Positions 28,685-36,650 of a stretch of DNA of 64,000 nt are shown one piece after another. Position 1 is the first letter of the stretch. The number at the start of each line of letters is the position of its first letter. Below the pieces are notes generated by a model. The model was not told where the DNA came from. It worked only from the letters and a program-made list of their open reading frames with translations, and ran no database searches. This stretch comes from an uncultured Dehalococcoidia bacterium (GTDB taxonomy: Bacteria > Chloroflexota > Dehalococcoidia > UBA6926). Location of the stretch: positions 206,592 through 270,591 of the forward strand of contig CAZZAN010000003.1 of NCBI GenBank assembly GCA_964653005.1. The letters run 5' to 3'. The position numbers were made by a program, and so were the translations under genes.

Positions 28685-28745
28685 TTCCCCGCTCGCCCTT
28701 CGACAGGCTCAGGGTGAGCGGAGTGAAGAATCTGAGGCCTGTCAG
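28685..28745. repeat. modular hairpin repeat (modules C and D-partial)
   Basis: CCCTTCGACAGGCTCAGGGTGAGCGGAGTGAAGAATCTGAGG. Confidence 0.8.
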
Positions 28746-28757
28746 CTGCACTCTTGA

Positions 28758-29393
28758 CTAGAATCGATCTGAAATGATGGTCCAGAACGGCATCGTCGCT
28801 GCCACAATAATCACTGCAATACTTCCGCAAGCCCACAGGATGGCACGCCTAAACGGGGATGCATATGCCGACGGCGTTGAATAAGCCGGTCGGCTCTCAG
28901 CGCTTTTGTAGGCGTTTTTCGTTTGTCGGAATGAGAATAGCCATGCGCGAAAGGCAAAGACTGTGAATGCTCCAGCTATCAACGCTGCAATGGGTTCAGA
29001 GCGTACGTTATCTACAACGGAGAAGAGAATGAACAATGCAACGGTGCCTGGAAGGGTGACCGCTCCCAAAAACCAAAGAACATGCAGGCCTGTCTCCTGA
29101 GACGCGGGACGGTCTATAGGTAAGCGTGCGGAAGCCGAAATAGGCAGCAGATGCGCCCAGGGAATTAGGAAGCGTAGGCAAACGAAACGGCGCTGATGGT
29201 CCGCGTCGGCTACCAGCGTATTGAGGCGTGATTGGAACGGAGTCAAGACAACGCCGACTGCGGCCATGAATAGCAGGGTAAGTACAGAGCCAAGTCCACT
29301 AGGAATAGAGACCAATCCGCCCAAAACAGTTATCCCTGTAAAGACCAAGAGTATCGCTTCCCACATCTCTCTGAGAGGCCAGTCTGTATTCAT
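28758..29393 (-). CDS. hypothetical membrane protein (low-GC islet)
   Basis: 211 aa, 5-6 hydrophobic helices. The region has visibly lower GC than its surroundings and is flanked by repeat clusters. Confidence 0.5.
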   Translation of the reverse strand: MNTDWPLREMWEAILLVFTGITVLGGLVSIPSGLGSVLTLLFMAAVGVVLTPFQSRLNTLVADADHQRRFVCLRFLIPWAHLLPISASARLPIDRPASQETGLHVLWFLGAVTLPGTVALFILFSVVDNVRSEPIAALIAGAFTVFAFRAWLFSFRQTKNAYKSAESRPAYSTPSAYASPFRRAILWACGSIAVIIVAATMPFWTIISDRF

Positions 29394-29649
29394 AGGTGTT
29401 CGATCCTCCGGTTCAGGGTTATTCGATAGTGAACGTTCGAGGCGATTCGCCAGTGCTGAACAATCAGTCGAGGCATGGCTACAGGGTGTGTCTTGTCTTC
29501 ACCATCGCCTTTTAGCCCAGAACTCAAGAGGATTCTACCAGCGAGAAATCACCGTTATGTAACTATTGGGACGAATTAGTGTTAGAACTTGTAACTGTCG
29601 GCTAGATACGGCCTGATTGACGCCGTTGGTGCCAATTCGCATCAAGGTG

Positions 29650-29945
29650 ACAAGTTGGGGGGGCGGCACTGGATTCCCGCTTTCGCGGGAATGACGGGTG
29701 AGGGCGGGAATGACGGAAGGGGGTCACCTTTCGACAGGCTCAGGGTGAACGGGGGATTGGCGAGCGCAATTGAGGCTTTAGATTCTTCGACTCCGCTGCG
29801 CTGCGCTCAGAATGACATGCATATGAGGGTGGGTGGCGTTACGGGATTTGGTTGTGTTCCTAGTTCTGGATTCCCGCTTTCGCGGGAATGACGGAGGGGG
29901 GTGGGAATGACGGAGGGGGCACCCTTCGACAGGCTCAGGGTGAAC
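29650..29945. repeat. dense cluster of modular hairpin repeats (B, C, D, B, C)
   Basis: Two copies of GGATTCCCGCTTTCGCGGGAATGACGG..GGGAATGACGG..CCTTCGACAGGCTCAGGGTGAACGG, with AGATTCTTCGACTCCGCTGCGCTGCGCTCAGAATGACA between them. Confidence 0.85.
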
Positions 29946-29969
29946 GGAGGGCGGCAGGAACGCAGCTGT

Positions 29970-30194
29970 CTAGTCTGCCAGTAACTCCATGAGGCGCCGA
30001 TTCTTCTCGACGCTCTTCTCGAAGTGCCTCATGACTTCCGGCCTGACGTTCTTGGCCTCACGGTTTTCGATGTAGGCGCTCATGGCCTCTTCCAAGACAG
30101 ACTGAAAATCCCGCCCGTCCCGGCGGGCGATTTCCCTCATACGGGACAGAACCTCAGGGGAAACCCGGCTGGAAAACTTTGTCCGCGCGACCAT
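29970..30194 (-). CDS. ribbon-helix-helix (CopG/Arc-like) protein, antitoxin-like orphan
   Basis: 74 aa. N-terminal RHH pattern (KFSSRVSPEVLSRMREIA). No cognate toxin ORF adjacent. Confidence 0.5.
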   Translation of the reverse strand: MVARTKFSSRVSPEVLSRMREIARRDGRDFQSVLEEAMSAYIENREAKNVRPEVMRHFEKSVEKNRRLMELLAD

Positions 30195-30330
30195 TATTCA
30201 CTCCATCCTGCGCCGGTTGGCTCATCGGCATTGATTCCTTGCAGCACCATGAGACAACACTAATGCTCCAGTTTAGGGTTGCCCAGTTCGTTCATCAAGG
30301 AATGTACGCCAGACTACTCCAAGCACAAGT

Positions 30331-31752
30331 CTAGCCATCGTCCTCGGTAGTGTGCTCTGCACTATCGCGGCGGCGTTTTTCGTAGTCGGCGATGCGGGCT
30401 TTGATTTCGGCTTCGAGACCTTGCTCCGTCGGTTCAAAGTAGCGGTGGCCTTGAACGGAGTCAGGCCGCATCTGTTGGTCAACGACGTGGCCGGGGAAGT
30501 CGTGCGGGTACTTGTATCCGTTGGCGTAGCCCATGCGGCTCATGAGGGGATGGGGGGCGTTGCGGAGGTGCAGCGGAACGGGCAGCGCGCCGGTGTTGCG
30601 GACGTCCTGCTGGGCAGCGAGATAAGCCTTGTAGGCGGAGTTGCTCTTGGGGGCGGCGGCGAGGTACAGGCACGCTTCCGCCATGGGCAGGTAGCCCTCC
30701 GGCATCCCGACGAAGTGGACGGCCTGCTGGCAGGCGGTGGCGACGCTGAGGGCCATCGGATCGGCAAGGCCGATGTCCTCGGCGGCAAAGATGACCATGC
30801 GCCGCACGATGAACAGCGGATCCTCCCCGCCCTCCAGCATTCGCGCCATCCAGTAAATCGCGGCGTCCGGGTCTGAGGCGCGCATCGACTTGATGAACGC
30901 GGAGATGATGTTGTAGTGCTCCTCACCGCCCTTGTCGTAGCGGACGGCGCGGTGCTGCATGGCGTCCTCAATGGTGGAGAGGTCAACCAACCGGCTGCCG
31001 TCTGCTTCCGGTGGCGTGGCGCTGACGGCGACCTCAAGCGTGGTAAGAGCCGCGCGGGCATCGCCATCTGCCATTGCAATCAGGGCACTCTCCGCATTGT
31101 CGTCCAGACGCGCGTTGAGATTGCCAAGGCCGCGCTCAGGATCGGTAAGGGCGCGGTCGACAAGTTCTCTTATCTCATCCTCGGTCAAGGCGTTGAGGGT
31201 GTAGACGCGGGAGCGGGAGAGGAGCGGCGCGACGATCTCAAACGCCGGGTTCTCCGTTGTTGCGCCGATGAGGGTGACGGAGCCGTCCTCGACGTGGGGC
31301 AGGACAACATCCTGCTGTGCTTTGTTGAACCTATGAATCTCATCGATGAAGAGGATGGTGCGCTGGCCGGTGAGGCCGCGGCGCTGGCGGGCGTCGGTCA
31401 GGACGCGGCGGAGGTCCGCGACGCCGGATTCAACGGCGCTGACCGGCTCAAAGTGGGACTGCGTCATGTGGGCGATGATTCGGGCAAGCGTGGTTTTTCC
31501 GGTGCCCGGCGGGCCCCACAGGACGATTGAGGGAACCTGATCGGCCTCTATGGAGCGGCGGAGGACGTGGCCCTCACCGACGATGTGCTGTTGGCCGACG
31601 AATTCATCGAGGGTTGTGGGGCGCATGCGGGCAGCTAGGGGCGCCTCATGGGAGAGGCGTTCCTCCCGCTGCTGTTCAAACATATCGGGCCCGGCTGCGG
31701 CGGACGGCTTTCGCGTTTGCCTCGCCATTCGACTCCCACCCGGGGACGCCAC
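30331..31752 (-). CDS. rarA: replication-associated recombination protein A (RarA/MgsA) AAA+ ATPase
   Basis: 473 aa. Walker [18 protein letters not shown] and Walker [17 protein letters not shown]. Conserved RarA C-terminal MgsA domain. Confidence 0.9.
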   Translation of the reverse strand: MASPGGSRMARQTRKPSAAAGPDMFEQQREERLSHEAPLAARMRPTTLDEFVGQQHIVGEGHVLRRSIEADQVPSIVLWGPPGTGKTTLARIIAHMTQSHFEPVSAVESGVADLRRVLTDARQRRGLTGQRTILFIDEIHRFNKAQQDVVLPHVEDGSVTLIGATTENPAFEIVAPLLSRSRVYTLNALTEDEIRELVDRALTDPERGLGNLNARLDDNAESALIAMADGDARAALTTLEVAVSATPPEADGSRLVDLSTIEDAMQHRAVRYDKGGEEHYNIISAFIKSMRASDPDAAIYWMARMLEGGEDPLFIVRRMVIFAAEDIGLADPMALSVATACQQAVHFVGMPEGYLPMAEACLYLAAAPKSNSAYKAYLAAQQDVRNTGALPVPLHLRNAPHPLMSRMGYANGYKYPHDFPGHVVDQQMRPDSVQGHRYFEPTEQGLEAEIKARIADYEKRRRDSAEHTTEDDG

Positions 31753-31819
31753 TCGGATCAGTCCCGCGTCGCCCTGCTACCCCTTGCGGTCATTATAGCG
31801 GGGAGGGGGTCACGGAGAT

Positions 31820-32470
31820 TCACCAGGATTCGGGCTTGGTGATAATACCGTGCCGGTCTGTCAGTTGATGGGGGAGTTGGCTTTGAGCGAGGTGTTCCTC
31901 CCTGATATTGCGGACGTAGGTGGCAGCGCCTTGAAGTCCTCTACTGAGGCCACGTCCGCGCATCACATTAGGATTCAGCACAACAACCGGGATGCCAACC
32001 GTGTCACGTACATATCTGATTGCACCGACAAAATCCGTATCAGATGAAATCAGGGCCGCCTGCTCATAGTCATGATTCACTGCCCGAGCGACTAAGTACG
32101 TCGTCAGATTAACGTCGGTCTGTTTTTCTTCAACTCGTATAACCGGGATGAGATTCGGAGTGTCCCCCGGACTGTCGGCGGCAGGCATTCTGCGTTTCTC
32201 CGATCTAAAGGAGCCGTAATGGATTTCAAGCCCGGGGATGGTAGCAAGCGCCCGCATATACACCATCTGTCGGATTGGTTCCGGATGGTGCGGCGGCCGT
32301 CCCAGAACAACAGCAGTGAAGTAATAGATTCGGCCTATGGTGTGCTCGGGCAGAGTGTTCTCAACCAGCCGACGGACGTCAAGCCACCTATAGGGGGAGT
32401 CCCTAACGGCCGCATTATAGAAGTTCAGCCCGTCAATAAAGACATCGGTAAGTCGGGGTTCAATTGCCAT
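31820..32470 (-). CDS. NYN-domain (LabA-like/DUF88) predicted nuclease
   Basis: 216 aa, VFIDGLNFYNA...TDVNLTT...SSDTDF pattern of NYN/LabA domains. Coding region is about 52% GC against a background of about 65%. Confidence 0.65.
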   Translation of the reverse strand: MAIEPRLTDVFIDGLNFYNAAVRDSPYRWLDVRRLVENTLPEHTIGRIYYFTAVVLGRPPHHPEPIRQMVYMRALATIPGLEIHYGSFRSEKRRMPAADSPGDTPNLIPVIRVEEKQTDVNLTTYLVARAVNHDYEQAALISSDTDFVGAIRYVRDTVGIPVVVLNPNVMRGRGLSRGLQGAATYVRNIREEHLAQSQLPHQLTDRHGIITKPESW

Positions 32471-32488
32471 ATGGCTCGCAGGACCTTC

Positions 32489-32697
32489 AATTGCTTAAGT
32501 ACCGAGACCGCCCGGAGGCGGTCTCGCCATGCCATCGAAACGACATGGATGGCTAAAAGCTATGGTGCTGATCAGGTTCCTTCGTGTCAAGCCTGTAAAC
32601 GAGGGGTATAGAAGCGCCGAGCCTTACAACACACCACCTTGAAAGTACCGAGACCGCCCGGAGGCGGTCTCGCCATGCCATCGAAACGACATGGGTG
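32489..32697. repeat. two direct copies (~54 bp, ~155 bp apart) of an element containing the perfect palindrome GAGACCGCC-CGGA-GGCGGTCTC
   Basis: AAGTACCGAGACCGCCCGGAGGCGGTCTCGCCATGCCATCGAAACGACATGG appears twice (about 32489-32542 and 32644-32697), between the TPR gene 3' end and the NYN gene 5' end. Confidence 0.8.
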
Positions 32698-32745
32698 GTT
32701 ATGCGTCAATTATGCGACGGGTGTTTGAGGCGTCAAGGAAACGGA

Positions 32746-33663
32746 TCACTGAGGACGCTCCGTGGTTGGCATGGAGTCGAGGTTGTTTTGGACGAGTTGG
32801 GTGGCGGGGTGGGCCTCGCCGCGGGTCTGCTCCAGGACGCGGCTTGCTCGCTCAAAGAGTTCCCTGGCGGCGTCCATATCACCCATGTATTGCAGGATGC
32901 CCGCAAGGTTGTTGGCGCGGATGGCGACGAGCGGGTGGTCTGTGCCATAGGCCGCTTCATCAATCTCCATGGCTCGCTGGTAGCCCTCACGAGCTCCTTC
33001 CAGATCACCGAGGTCACGCAGGACGCCTGCGATATTGTTGATCTCCGCAGCCACGACGGGATCGTGCGGGCCGCGCTGTTGCTCATCGATGGCAAGCGCG
33101 CGTTCGTAGTATTCTTTCGCGCCGTTGAGGTCGCCGGATTCGTGGGCGAGGCCGCCGAGGTTGTTGATGATAGAGGCGACGATGGCGTGCTCGTCGCCGT
33201 GGATGGCGGTCAATATTTCCAGCGCGGTTTCCAGATGGCGCTTTGCGTCTTTGAAGTGTCCAAGTTCCTGCAGGACGCCGCCGAGATTGTTGTGGACAAT
33301 CGCGACAGCCTCATCTTCATCGCCGTAGTGTTGGCGGGCGCTGGCAAGCGCCTGCTCATAATGCTGGCGCGCGCCGCCCATGTCTCCCAATTCCTGAAAT
33401 ACGGTGGCGAGATTATTGAGGTCCTGGATGACATTGGGGTGGGTCTCACCATGGTCACGGCGGTCGATTTCAAGCGCCTTTTGCAGATGTTCCCACGCGG
33501 TCAGCGGCTTGTCCTGCTCACGCGCTGACTGCGCCATGGCGCGGAGTTCGTCGGTGGACGGGGTCTCGCCCTGCCCGTTTGTTACGTCGTTCGCCATGTG
33601 AGCGTCATTCCGCCATCGACGACGATGGTCTGGCCGATTATCATCTGCGACTCCGGCAGGCAA
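32746..33663 (-). CDS. tetratricopeptide-repeat protein
   Basis: 305 aa with about 6 tandem TPR_12-like units (NNLAxVxQxLGDxxxAxxxYxxAL). Start probably downstream of the annotated Met because of overlap with the SDR gene. Confidence 0.75.
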   Translation of the reverse strand: MPAGVADDNRPDHRRRWRNDAHMANDVTNGQGETPSTDELRAMAQSAREQDKPLTAWEHLQKALEIDRRDHGETHPNVIQDLNNLATVFQELGDMGGARQHYEQALASARQHYGDEDEAVAIVHNNLGGVLQELGHFKDAKRHLETALEILTAIHGDEHAIVASIINNLGGLAHESGDLNGAKEYYERALAIDEQQRGPHDPVVAAEINNIAGVLRDLGDLEGAREGYQRAMEIDEAAYGTDHPLVAIRANNLAGILQYMGDMDAARELFERASRVLEQTRGEAHPATQLVQNNLDSMPTTERPQ

Positions 33664-34379
33664 AGGAACGCGACGGCACGGGCGATATCCTCCGGTTCAA
33701 CCATGCGACCGGCAGGGGTTTCGCTTGTTGCCTTGGCGATCATGTTCTCACGATCTTCAAAGTGGTCGAGGGCATCGGTCTTAACGAGGCCGCCGGAGAC
33801 GGTGTTCACGCGGATGCCCTGCGGGGCGAGTTCCACTGCGAGATAACGGGTGAGGGACTCAAGCGCCGCCTTGGAGACGCCGACACTTGTGTAGTCGGCC
33901 ATGACGCGGGTGGAGCCAAGGCTGGAGATGTTGATGATTGCGCCGCCGCCTTGAGTAATCATGTGCGGGGCGGCCAGCTTGGCGGCGAGCCAGGGGGCGC
34001 GGGCGTTGATGCCCATTGTCCAGTCCCAGTGCTTCGGCTCCAGCTCCGTGGCGGCACGCTGGATGCCGGAGGCGGCGTTGTTGACCAGGATGTCGAGCCG
34101 GCCGAAGGACTCGATGACATTGGAAATCAGTTCCTCGACCTGATCCGGCTCGCCGACATGGGCCTTAAACGATTCCGCCCGGACGCCATGTCGCTCTTTC
34201 ACAGTCGCGACGGTTTCTGCGGCCTGTTTGGGGTTGCGGAAGAAATTGACGGCTACGTCCGCGCCCAAAGAGGCGAGTTCGAGGGTGATGGCTCGTCCGA
34301 TGCCACGGGAGCCGCCGGTAATGAGGGCGACGCGGCCATCCAAGGGCTTGCCGGGGTCTGGGGCGTTGCGTTGGGTCAT
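33582..34379 (-). CDS. SDR-family oxidoreductase (3-oxoacyl-ACP-reductase-like)
   Basis: 265 aa. TGGSRGIGRAI cofactor motif, NNAG, catalytic S...YxxxK. Confidence 0.85.
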   Translation of the reverse strand: MTQRNAPDPGKPLDGRVALITGGSRGIGRAITLELASLGADVAVNFFRNPKQAAETVATVKERHGVRAESFKAHVGEPDQVEELISNVIESFGRLDILVNNAASGIQRAATELEPKHWDWTMGINARAPWLAAKLAAPHMITQGGGAIINISSLGSTRVMADYTSVGVSKAALESLTRYLAVELAPQGIRVNTVSGGLVKTDALDHFEDRENMIAKATSETPAGRMVEPEDIARAVAFLCLPESQMIIGQTIVVDGGMTLTWRTT

Positions 34380-34433
34380 GGTGAGTGCATTGTATCGCGG
34401 AGCATGTTGGGCAGAGTGGGGTTGCGGCGAGGG

Positions 34434-35201
34434 CTACGTGAGGGCAGCGATGGCGGTCTTTTGGGCGGTGATTAGTTCTGTGATGCCCTGCATCGCGAGG
34501 TCGAGGACGGTATCGAGTTGGGCGCGGGTGTACGTTGAGCCTTCGGCTGTGCCCTGCACTTCCACGAGCCTGCCGGATTCTGTTGCGACGATGTTGAAAT
34601 CGGCCCCGGCCTCAGAGTCTTCTTCGTAGCAGAGGTCGAGGAGCATTTGGTTCCCGGATACGCCGGCCACGATGCCGACTGAGACGGCGGCGACGGCTTC
34701 TTTTAGGGGAAAGTCCGGGAAGGGGTCTTCGCCGCCGGCTTCCATTGCCGCGCGCTGCGCCCATCTCAGCGCCTGGTACAGCGCGACATACGCACCGGTG
34801 ATGGCGGCTGTGCGAGTTCCTCCATCAGCCTGGATGACATCGCAGTCGACGGTGATGCTGCGCTCTCCGAGCGCGCCAAGGTCAGTGACGGCGCGGAGGG
34901 AGCGGCCAATCAATCTCTGAATCTCCTGAGAGCGTCCGACATCCCTGCCCTGCGCACGGGCGCGGGCGGTGCGGGTATGGGTGGAGCGCGGGAGCATGGC
35001 GTATTCCGCCGTGACCCATCCGCTCTGTTGACCGCGCAGCCAGCCGGGTATGCGGTCTTCGATGGAGGCGGCGCAGAGCACCCTGGTGCTGCCCTGCACG
35101 ATCAGCGCCGATCCCTCGGCGTGGTCGAGGTAGCCAGGTGTGATAGAGATCACGCGCAATTCGTCGGCGGCACGACCGTCAGTACGACTCATTGACGACA
35201 A
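34434..35201 (-). CDS. rph: ribonuclease PH
   Basis: 255 aa. RNase PH core ([17 protein letters not shown]) and full colinearity. Confidence 0.9.
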   Translation of the reverse strand: MSSMSRTDGRAADELRVISITPGYLDHAEGSALIVQGSTRVLCAASIEDRIPGWLRGQQSGWVTAEYAMLPRSTHTRTARARAQGRDVGRSQEIQRLIGRSLRAVTDLGALGERSITVDCDVIQADGGTRTAAITGAYVALYQALRWAQRAAMEAGGEDPFPDFPLKEAVAAVSVGIVAGVSGNQMLLDLCYEEDSEAGADFNIVATESGRLVEVQGTAEGSTYTRAQLDTVLDLAMQGITELITAQKTAIAALT

Positions 35202-35351
35202 ACCGGTTGCACCTCCCAGGGACTGCAGGTTATTGGAAATCGTTATCTTCAGGGCACTTGAGGTTCCTCTTGAGTATATGGGGAGAGGGAGGGCGGCAGG
35301 AATCGGCCCACGACCAAGTCAGGTCTTGATTACCGATACCGATGCACTAGT

Positions 35352-36644
35352 ATGTATCTGTTACTGGTTAGCAAGTCCTTACAATCTTCCCCCCAGATTG
35401 TTTGCCGGTTTCAACAATTCAGGTTCGCTGGCCGCCTTGATGCGGCCAGTCAGCTACTGTGCGGATTGGATTGGATGGATCGGCGGACTCCTATTGATAC
35501 CCCTGCCGCTGTAGAGGAAACTCGTTCATCGCGGTTGAAGCCAATACTTGCGACGGCACTCCTGGTTGTCGTTGCGGCGGCATTTGTCATCCTGATCGCT
35601 CGCGAGTGGGCCCTTGCGCCGGCTCCGGTTGAGATTCAACTTCCACCGCCTGAACCGGCGGCAAGCACGGTAACCGTTCACGTTGGAGGCGCGGTCATGA
35701 GCCCCGGCGTGTATTCACTTCCGACGCGTTCACGAGTTGTTGATGCCGTGGAACTGGCCGGGGGGATGCTTCAAGGGGCGGATACAGACGCCGTAAGCAT
35801 GGCGGAGGAGTTGGAGGACGGCACAAGTTATGTCGTTCCCCTGCAAGAGGACACTCCGCTCGAGAACAACCCGGTGGTTGTGCATGTCTGGGGCGAAGTG
35901 CAAGAGCCGGGCCTCTATGAATTACCTCAAGGCTCACGGTTTACAGACGCATTGGCGGCGGCAGGCGGCTCGACGGAGCAGAGCGATCTTTCCGGTCTAA
36001 ACCTTGCCGAAGTGCTCGAGGATGGCGCGCGCTATGCCGTGCCGGTTCTGGCTGATTCGGAGACTGGGACCGTATTCGTTCACGTTGTGGGCGCAATTGA
36101 GCAACCGGGAACATACACGCTGACTTACGGAGCCCGGCTAACTGACGTTATTGATGTGGCAGGCGGAATCTCAGCCGGCGCGGATACGGATGCCGTCGAC
36201 CTTGCACTCAAGCTGGAGGACGGTCAGCGCTACTACGTGCCTTACGTGGGCGAGGAAGCCGTGGGCGACGTGACAGTTCACGTCGCCGGCGCGGTGGTCA
36301 AGCCGGGGCTGTATACGCTGCCGACCGGATCCCGGCTCATTGATGCGATCACAGCCGCGGGCGGCACGCTTTCGACAGCAGACATGCACACGCTAAACCT
36401 TGCTCAACAGATTCAAGATGGAACGCGGTACGCCGTTCCGAGGCTGAGAGCAACAGTCAACGTCAATATCGCCAGTGCGAGTGAACTTGAGTCCGTGCCG
36501 GGCATCAGTCGAAACGTGGCGCAGGCGATAGTGAATTACCGGGAGGCATCCGGCGCGTTCACGGAGGTGGACCAGCTGCTGGATGTTTCCGGCATTGGTC
36601 CTTCGACGCTGGCGGCGATTCGTCCATTCGTGTCAGTGAACTAG
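35352..36644 (+). CDS. comEA: ComEA-like DNA receptor with four tandem SLBB domains and a C-terminal tandem helix-hairpin-helix
   Basis: C-terminal VNVNIASASELESVPGISRNVAQAIVNYRE...GIGPSTLAAI is the ComEA HhH. It is preceded by four repeats of about 70 aa (VTVHVxGAVxxPGxYxLPxGSRxxDAxxxAGG). A single TM helix near the N-terminus. Likely start at the internal Met, about 35475. Confidence 0.75.
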   Translation: MYLLLVSKSLQSSPQIVCRFQQFRFAGRLDAASQLLCGLDWMDRRTPIDTPAAVEETRSSRLKPILATALLVVVAAAFVILIAREWALAPAPVEIQLPPPEPAASTVTVHVGGAVMSPGVYSLPTRSRVVDAVELAGGMLQGADTDAVSMAEELEDGTSYVVPLQEDTPLENNPVVVHVWGEVQEPGLYELPQGSRFTDALAAAGGSTEQSDLSGLNLAEVLEDGARYAVPVLADSETGTVFVHVVGAIEQPGTYTLTYGARLTDVIDVAGGISAGADTDAVDLALKLEDGQRYYVPYVGEEAVGDVTVHVAGAVVKPGLYTLPTGSRLIDAITAAGGTLSTADMHTLNLAQQIQDGTRYAVPRLRATVNVNIASASELESVPGISRNVAQAIVNYREASGAFTEVDQLLDVSGIGPSTLAAIRPFVSVN

Positions 36645-36650
36645 TTCACG

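Noticed and set aside
28650-28720. GGGG...TTCGACAGG stretch resembling the 5' tRNA-like end of tmRNA; search of 27934-28757 for RNase P, tmRNA and SRP RNA
   Set aside because: TTCGACAGGCTCAGGG is module C of the multi-copy repeat and occurs more than 12 times. None of the conserved P4/P15 RNase P motifs, tmRNA T-arm/CCA context or SRP domain IV motif could be found on either strand.
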